Source: the human T2T-CHM13v2.0 reference genome, Homo sapiens | Strand: one strand, 5' to 3' | Length of the DNA stretch: 64,000 nt | NCBI RefSeq assembly: GCF_009914755.1 | Contig: NC_060943.1 | Shown: positions 48,256 through 64,000 of the stretch, in pieces | Position numbering within the stretch: the first letter of the stretch is position 1 | How the letters are laid out: each line of letters opens with the position of its first letter | Notes under the pieces: generated by a model | What the model was told of the DNA's origin: nothing | What the model saw: the letters and a program-made list of their open reading frames with translations, nothing else | Database searches by the model: none | Position numbers and translations under genes: made by a program

Positions 48256-48261
48256 TTTATT
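48256..48261 (-). terminator. EEF2 poly(A) signal
   Basis: TTTATT on + (AATAAA on -), ~480 nt after the stop; downstream T-rich element. Confidence 0.85.
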
Positions 48262-48737
48262 ATTCCAATGGCACTAGTACAGCTGGAGGTGCTCATGGTG
48301 ACACCGCACAGGACTTCCTGCCTGCTAGAAATCATCTACCCGCGTGTTCCTTTCCCCTTTCTGGGGCAAAAGCCACTGCGGGCCATGTACCCAAATAAAC
48401 CTCTTAATGCGTTTGTTAAAATTAGTTTGGACATCTGAGTTTCCCTCTGAAGAAATGGAAAAAGTGTTGGGTGTCCCATCCCGCCTCCCCCTCCCCGACC
48501 GGCCCATTAAGTCCCTACTAAGAGGGCGTGTCTGCTGCCTCCGGACTCTGGAAATAAATATTGAAAGAAACGGCATCAAGTGTTATGGTTGAGTGATGGC
48601 ACGCAGCGGGCCCCAGAAACCTCTCAGGGGAGCGTCGCTGTGTCGGGACAGTCTCCAGGTGTCGTCTGAGAATTCGAGGACGTGGTGCTGTGGGTGCTGC
48701 GAGTCCCCGGGGCGGCAGGCGCTGCAGGAAGGGCCGC

Positions 48738-49004
<267 letters not shown>

Positions 49005-49303
49005 TCAGGCTAGTTCCTCAGCCTGAGTCACCCTGCAGACCAGACACTCGGCCTGGTGCCCAGCACTTCACGAAGGGCCTAGCAGGCCACTCATGGGCCT
49101 CATGCCGCTGCTCGTTTGGGACAACCCTGTGCTACAGCTCGGCTGCTCTACCGGCCCAGGGCGTAGGCCTTCAGAGCTCCAGGCCCAGAGCCCTTCTCAC
49201 ACTGGGGATAGGAGAGCCCCTCCCCTGGGAATTCAGTGATTTAGGGGGTCCACAAGCTGTCAGAAACTGGACCACCTGCTCCATCCATCACCTGCTCCCA
49301 TCA

Positions 49304-50404
<1,101 letters not shown>

Positions 50405-50707
50405 TTACACACAGACGCATCCTTAAAAGCTTTTCCTAGCAAGGCGGACCTCATACAGCCTGGTAGAGCCACGTCAATCAGAACGAAGCGGAGTCAGTGT
50501 TGCAGTGCCAAGCGCATCTCACTCCAGACAAGGACAAGGAGCAGGGGCTCCACTGAGCTCTCCGGCGCAGAAACCACGGGCTTGTGGAATTTTAAGCATT
50601 AACAGGGAAGAAACGAGGTCTGGAGCAGGCCTGTCCCAACCCCTCCAGAGCATTTGTGTTGTTTGTGGACAGAAGACAGCAGGATGTAACTCAAAAACTG
50701 CCCCGGA

Positions 50708-50986
50708 GGCCGGGCGTGGTGGCTCACGCCTGTAATCCCAGCACTTTGGGAGGCCGAGGCGGGTGGATCACGAGGTCAGGAGATCCAGACCATCCTGGCT
50801 AACACGGTGAAACCCCGTCTCTACTAAAAATGCAAAAAATTAGCCGGGCATGATGGCAGGCGCCTGAAGTCCCAGCTACAGGAGGCTGAGGCAGGAGAAT
50901 GGCGTGAACCTGGGAAGCAGAGCTTGCAGTGAGCCAAGATCACGCCATTGCACTCCAGCCTAAGCAACAGAGCAAGACTCTTGTCT

Positions 50987-51026
<40 letters not shown>

Positions 51027-51350
51027 GCCCTGGGCCAGGCATGGTGGCTCACACCTGTAATCCCAGCACTTTGGGAGGCCGAGGCAGGGGGATCACGAGG
51101 TCAGGAGATCGAGACCATCTTGACTTACTAACACAGTGAAACCCCGCCTCTACTAAAAATACAAAAAAAAATTAGCCGGGCGTGGTAGCACGCGCCTGTA
51201 GTCCCAGTTACTCAGGAAGCTGAGTGAGGCAAGAGAATCGCTTGAACCCGGGAGGTGGAGGTTCTAGCGAGCCAAGATCACGCCACTGCACTCCAGCCTG
51301 GATGACACAGCGAGACTATCTCAAAAAAAACAACAACAACAACAAAAACA
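50708..51350 (+). mobile_element. Two tandem Alus in EEF2 intron 11
   Basis: Alu consensus with long A tails. Confidence 0.93.
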
Positions 51351-51509
51351 GCCCCACATGCCTGTGGAAGACTGCAAAGAAGAAACTTGAGGAACTTAAG
51401 AAGCTGAGACCAAGACCGAGATCAAGTCTAGGCGTCTGCAGAGCCTAGCTCAGCTCAGCTTTAAAGCAGAGGGCAGGTGTCCGGGGTGGGGCGTGGGGAA
51501 GGCTGGTCA

Positions 51510-51731
<222 letters not shown>

Positions 51732-51964
51732 TCAGGGAAGGTGCTGGGAAACTGGGACCAGCACAAACTCCTGAAGAAATGTTAAGTCCCACAAGCTACA
51801 GTGAACACGCGCAGAGCAGCCTAGGAGAGGGTGGTGGCTGCCTGGGCAGGAGTCTCCATTTACAGCCACAGCCAAGAACCCCTCCTTTCATGACCAGTCA
51901 CCCCAATCCACCAACCACAGCAACCCACACAGCCACAACTCAGGACACAAGCCGTCCCCCCTCA

Positions 51965-52429
<465 letters not shown>

Positions 52430-52705
52430 TCAGAATCACTGCCCTCCTCCCTGGGTATGGGTCGACGGCCGCCACCCACCTGTGCCCAGGGACACAGATG
52501 AGCAGGGGTGTGCTGTGCCCTGGGGCTTGGAGCTTCTCCAGAAATGCCCTCACTGGGCTAAGAACAAAAGTTGTGGCTGGCACAAGTATCACCCTATATT
52601 CCTTCTATGCTCCTTACTTCTAGCTCCCGACTGAGGAGCCCAAGACTTGGAGCAGGGCAGGGCCCGCAACAGTGCCAAGGGGCCTGCACATCACCCAGCT
52701 GCTCA

Positions 52706-52990
<285 letters not shown>

Positions 52991-53033
52991 TCATCCGGCT
53001 GCATCTCAGGGCCCGGCCGCCGGGACCACGTAC

Positions 53034-53172
53034 CCATGGCAGCCTCGTCGTCCGGGGGCCCCTCGTACAGGAGCTCGCAGCGGTACTTCTGGGCCGTCAC
53101 AGGGGAGGGCAGGTGGATGGTGATCATCTGCAACAAGGCGTCTCCGGCAGGCAGCCAGCGGCGCATCACAGC
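53034..53172 (-). CDS. EEF2: EEF2 exon 8: [16 protein letters not shown]...EAAM
   Basis: CCGCAG/GTACGT. Confidence 0.97.
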
Positions 53173-53471
53173 CTGCGGGGGCAGAGAGCGGTGCATGAGA
53201 CACCTGGGGAGCCCAGGATGGCCCCACCCCGTACACGCTTCCTCTCTTGAAGCCAAGGAAGCCAAAGTCAGGACTAACGTTCTCCAAAGCACAGTCCCTT
53301 CTGGAAGGCGGCAAAGGCCATGCACACTCCTGCCAAGGCCCTCACCCACACCTGTCCCGGATGGGGCTGGCTGCTGGGATGTGTCTCCAGCAGCACCCAG
53401 AGTCTAAAGCGAAAGGGGCAGCAGCTGTCCCTGCCCAGCTGAGGACTTCAGCCCCCAGGCCTGGGCTGTCA

Positions 53472-53645
<174 letters not shown>

Positions 53646-54139
53646 CTACATTCCCCACCAAGAAACAAGAAAGCCCATTTGGGAACAGCAGGAGGAAGCC
53701 TGGCACTGCTTCCTGCTTGGAAGACTCAGGTCAGCGCAGGGGGACGCAGCACGGGAGCAGGAGCAGGCCTGGCCTGCCTACCACGGGCCCAGCCAGCTGA
53801 GCGGATCGGGAGCTGGAGGAAACCTCGTGGTGGAGCAGAGGAAAAAGCCCACTCTGACTCAGACAAGGACCCAAGTTCTGACTTACAAGCACTGAACCGC
53901 CAAAGCCACAAGTTATTCAACCCCCTCAATGCAGGAGAGGTCCCAAGGCTCTGGCTATGCAGTCCAGATCTTAAGAGAGGAGCCCTGACTCCACCTCAGT
54001 TAGGAGCTGTGCCTCCTCCCATCTCGCATCTGCCCCACAAGGAGACGGGCCCAGTCAGCCGACAGGCTACCGGCCGGAGCCCACAGGGCCGAGGGCCAAT
54101 AGTCGCATCGGCGGGGTGCCTGGCGCAGCCCTCACTCAC

Positions 54140-54245
54140 CTTGAAGATGGGGTCCAGGATCAGCTGGCAGAAGGTGCGTGGCAGCTTCTTCCCTTCGGGG
54201 CTGGTGGCTGACTTGCTGAACTTGCCGTTGGCTGGGTCAAAGTAC
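54140..54245 (-). CDS. EEF2: EEF2 exon 6: [11 protein letters not shown]...DPIFK
   Basis: GCCAG/GTGAGT. Confidence 0.96.
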
Positions 54246-54437
54246 CTGGCAAGGAGAGGCCAAGCCAAATCAAGTTAGGGTCTCCAGGGGATGACTTGGG
54301 GAGGGTGGTCGCCAAGGGGACATGCTTGGGCAAGACCTGGTGGGCTTGAGCCACGCTGTGAATAGCACACCACGCCCCTACGTCGCTGCCACTACCCCCA
54401 GGTGTCAGGAATCCCCCACCATATCCCGCGGGGCTCA

Positions 54438-54765
<328 letters not shown>

Positions 54766-54924
54766 AGGGGGGCCAGCCCCTCCACCACCCAGGGCAGCGT
54801 TCCCTGAGCTCGTCTCTTCCAGCTGCCCAAAGATCAAGGGCTGGGTCAAGTCGGATGAAAACATTCCAGCCCCCTTCTCTGTCACCCAACATTCCTGGCA
54901 AAAACACACTTCCAGTCCCCCTCA

Positions 54925-55504
<580 letters not shown>

Positions 55505-56327
55505 TCAGGGGGACAGGAGCCACACACCTGGCCCAGGGAGTCTGGGATGCTGTCAGAAGCCAGGCTGCTCCTCCCTCCATGACTCATCCCTGGAGAGGCT
55601 CCCACAAGAGCCAACCCACCCTTGTCCTTTGCCTCTGTCCGAGACATGCCACCCCCATGACAGGGAACTCCTGGTACCAGCCCCATAGCCAGATCCTCAG
55701 AGCCCTCCTGACCAGACATCCTGCCCCACCGACTTGGTCCCAAGATTCATCACACCTGACTCAAAGTAGCAACTAAAAGACCCAGCAGGACGGCAAAAGC
55801 CTCCAGAGACTCCGACCCTCCCCTCCTCACTTCTGCCCCTGCTCCAGGGGAAATGAAGAGCCTTAGCCAGAGTCCCTCACCAATGTACCAACCCAGGACA
55901 AAAAGCAGTTGGGGTCACCGTACTCTGCGCTCCCCCTACTCATATCGGGGCCAGAAACTGACATGGAATGAACATCATCCAGTGCAACACAGGAGCTTCC
56001 CAGCGTCCCAAGCACTAGAACACCCTCCCCTCCCAGGTGTGACAGCCAAACCTCTCCAGATATTGTAGGAGTGGGGGCAAGTCCCCCAGGGAGGGAGAAC
56101 CACGGAGTTAAGCCCCCTCCTCAAGAAAACCTTCCAGCTCGCAGTACCCCGAATCCCTGTGCCTCTCCATCCTGTCTCGCTGGACTGAACCTCACTCATT
56201 CTCCCATGAATTAAGAAACCAGGGGAAAGAGACGTTGCCAAGTCTCTCCCCGCGCACCCTGGCCCAGTGGCCTCCAGCTGCCAGGCCAGCACCTCCCTGC
56301 CTGGGTACAGAGGGCACAGGGAGCTCA

Positions 56328-56747
<420 letters not shown>

Positions 56748-57571
56748 TCATGATTGACAACCCAGAAATAAAAGTGCTCAGGAATAAAACTGAGTGTCAA
56801 CAGATTTCCTTGATACCAGGTACAAATACTAAAGTCTCATTTGGGGCCAAACACGTAAGGGATGAATCCTCTCCTAAAGCCCCCTCCACGTTGTCACCGG
56901 GCCACCCAAACTTCCCCGAGCAAGAAGCTTCATCATAAAATGCAAGGTCACCCCTTGGCAAAGGGGATCAGACAAGGCCACCCACCCCAGGAAATAACGG
57001 GGAGCCGGAACGGCCCTAACTGCCACAAGCCTACACCTCGTGTCTCAATAAGAGTCTTTGTACATCTGGGAGTCATAGGAAGGACAAGTGCCTAAGGTCG
57101 ACGATTAACAGCATCAGGAGAAGGTATTTGGAAGGAAAAGGGGAGCCTTTCAGGTGTCGCTTTGCTCGTTCTGCCATTTCCCTGCCGCCCCTAGTCCCCC
57201 GGCAGAAAATCGATCTCAAACTCGCGGCCCGCGGGTTACATAAGGCGCCTCCCTGTCTCCCCGCTTCCACCGCGGTGCCCGCCATTACTACGCCTGCCAC
57301 ATCATCATTCCCCACCCCCATCCCCGCTAACAACCCAGCTCCAACCAGGTCTGGGCAAGGTTATGGCGCCCTCGGAAACGGAGAAAGGGCTCGGTGAACA
57401 GCGCGGCGCACAGACATGGCGGCGGCCGCTTCCCCAGCCCCGGGTCCTCCGGCCCCGCCGCCGCTACGTCTCCTCCTGGCACGGGGGGCCCCAGCGTCCC
57501 AGGCTAGGCAGCGTAGGCCCCGCGGAGGCCCCGCCGCCGCTCCGGGGCACCAGCGAGGCAGGGTTACTCAC

Positions 57572-57574
57572 CAT
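57572..57574 (-). CDS. EEF2: EEF2 exon 1 coding part (initiator ATG only). Exon 1 spans 57657-57572.
   Basis: GCCACCATG|GTGAGT. Confidence 0.93.
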
Positions 57575-57647
57575 GGTGGCGGATGGCGGTGGATTCTCCC
57601 AGGTAGAACCGAAAGAAGCGAGTCGCGCCGAGGATGGCGGCGACGAC

Positions 57648-57687
57648 GGCGGAAGAGAACGCTGACGTCAACACTCAGCTTTTTATA
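57648..57687 (-). promoter_or_regulatory. EEF2 core promoter: TATAAAAA (57687-57680), CRE TGACGTCA (57663-57670), 5'TOP start CTCTTCC (~57657)
   Basis: Motifs seen directly with ~30-nt TATA-to-TSS spacing; CpG island ~57200-57890. Confidence 0.85.
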
Positions 57688-59329
57688 GGCGGACGCCGGT
57701 TGGGCGGGTCATGTGACTGCGCTGCGAAGGCGGGGCGAAGGGACGCCGCGCAAGCGCACGGAGGCGTGTCCCCCCGCCCGTTAACCCATTCGGCGCCGGC
57801 GCGGCGCTCTAGAATAGAAGCTGGGCATCTCGGGGGCGGTGGTCGCCCTCGGTGTGCAGTGTTCAGGTGCACAAAGTAAAGAGCGCCGTTTTAGCTGAGA
57901 ACGAGAACCATAGCAACGATATTAGCTTACAAGTTGTCCAGTACTTCTATTAAAACCAATTTACAAGGTGAATAGAGTCTGTGGATTATACCCAAGTCAA
58001 TTTCCCTGTTTGGACATTGTTACGTAAGACGATACCCCTGGGAGAAGCCGAGGGAAAAAGGACACTCGCGACCACTATACTGTTTTTGCAACTCCTTACC
58101 TGTAATTATTTCTAAATAAAAACTTTATAAGAAGCAGGCATCGGAATCACTGATCCCACAAATGCATACTGAGCATCTATACACCAGGCATTGTTAGGGG
58201 TTTTGTAGATATAGCAGTGGACCAAACACCTTGCTAGCTTGACCACACTGCGTGTTCTTCTACCAGCTACTAGGATTTCTCTGTGCCTCAATTTCACCTG
58301 CTCGGAGGTGATCAATACCACCCTATTGTTTGGGGGAGAGTGAAACGAACTAAAGACATCTAAAAGAATTAGGACCGTGCCTGATACCCAACGCTCAATA
58401 AACGCTATCTATTTTAATTAGCTAAGATTGCTATTAATAAAACAGTTATTTATTTCAGGACTGGTTTGCCATGTCCCAGGCACCCGGCTAAGCGGTTTAC
58501 TGGCACAATTTCATTTTCTATTTCATTTCCTCTCCAGGGGGAGGCGCAGGAAGACTGTTTAGCATTTGTGTCCTAATCTGACCCTAAGAAACAGTTGAAT
58601 GTATTTCATATCTCATGAATTGGCATTCAATTGTGTAACTCTATCCCTTATGAAAAGCCCAACCCGCTGTTTAGCACATAGTAGGTACTCAGCATTTCTT
58701 GCATGAATGATGTTCTCACAGTGCAAATGAACCCCCTGCGGTACATCTTTCCTTAAACTCACTTTGTGAAACAGGAGAGCCACTGCAGTGCTTTTCCTGG
58801 GCTGGGAGAGGGGGAGGTGTGGATCCACAAAAAGCAATGCAAATTCCAGCCTGGACTCTAAAATAAACCTGTACACTCCTCCCCCTCACGAATGCTTCGG
58901 GCACTTTGCTTTACAAAGCGCTGTCTCAACCTTGGGTTTCATTTAACGGATGATTGCTCTTCCTATCACCATTTAACCCAGTGGAAAACTGAAAAGTATC
59001 TTCCGAAAGGATTGAGGCTCTGAAAGGCAGAGGGCGCGGCAGGGAGCAGATGGGAGCGCCCGGGGTCCCTAACCACCTACACCTGTACCTGTGACGCGTT
59101 TAGTTAAGTTGCAAGTCAAGCGCATGCGCCATTTGGGGCATGAGTTTTTAGCAGAGGGGTAGTCAGTTTCGCATTATTAATAATAAAATTCTTCAAAATT
59201 TTTAAATGCACTGAGCACCTGCTACGTGTTGCGTTTCCTATTGGGGGCTTCGCAGCCGTTTTTTCCGTGCAAAGTGGGAGCATTTCAGAGATGTAATGGA
59301 AAGGTTTTCATTAAAAGAGGTGTCAGGCG

Positions 59330-63990
<4,661 letters not shown>

Positions 63991-64000
63991 CTAACAACAC

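Overview
Human (primate) genomic DNA, GC-rich and very Alu-dense. The genes identify it as chromosome 19p13.3. In order: probable 3' UTR end of ATCAY (+, poly(A) signal at 1350); NMRK2 (+, 7 coding exons, 230 aa) with a ~27-copy 46-bp minisatellite filling one intron; an Alu-rich intergenic stretch with a candidate muscle enhancer; DAPK3/ZIPK (-, 8 coding exons, 454 aa) hosting MIR637; and EEF2 (-, 15 exons, 858 aa, 5'TOP/TATA promoter) hosting SNORD37, followed by NRF1/YY1/CTCF-like sites and Alus. I checked all exon boundaries by hand for GT-AG and phase, and the CDS sums are 693, 1365 and 2577 nt. Most ORF-track entries are Alu-derived, repeat-derived or antisense shadows. I found no convincing new gene system. 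The most unusual element is the NMRK2 intronic VNTR: it is stop-free in all three sense frames, so copy number or a cryptic acceptor could put it in frame with the kinase.
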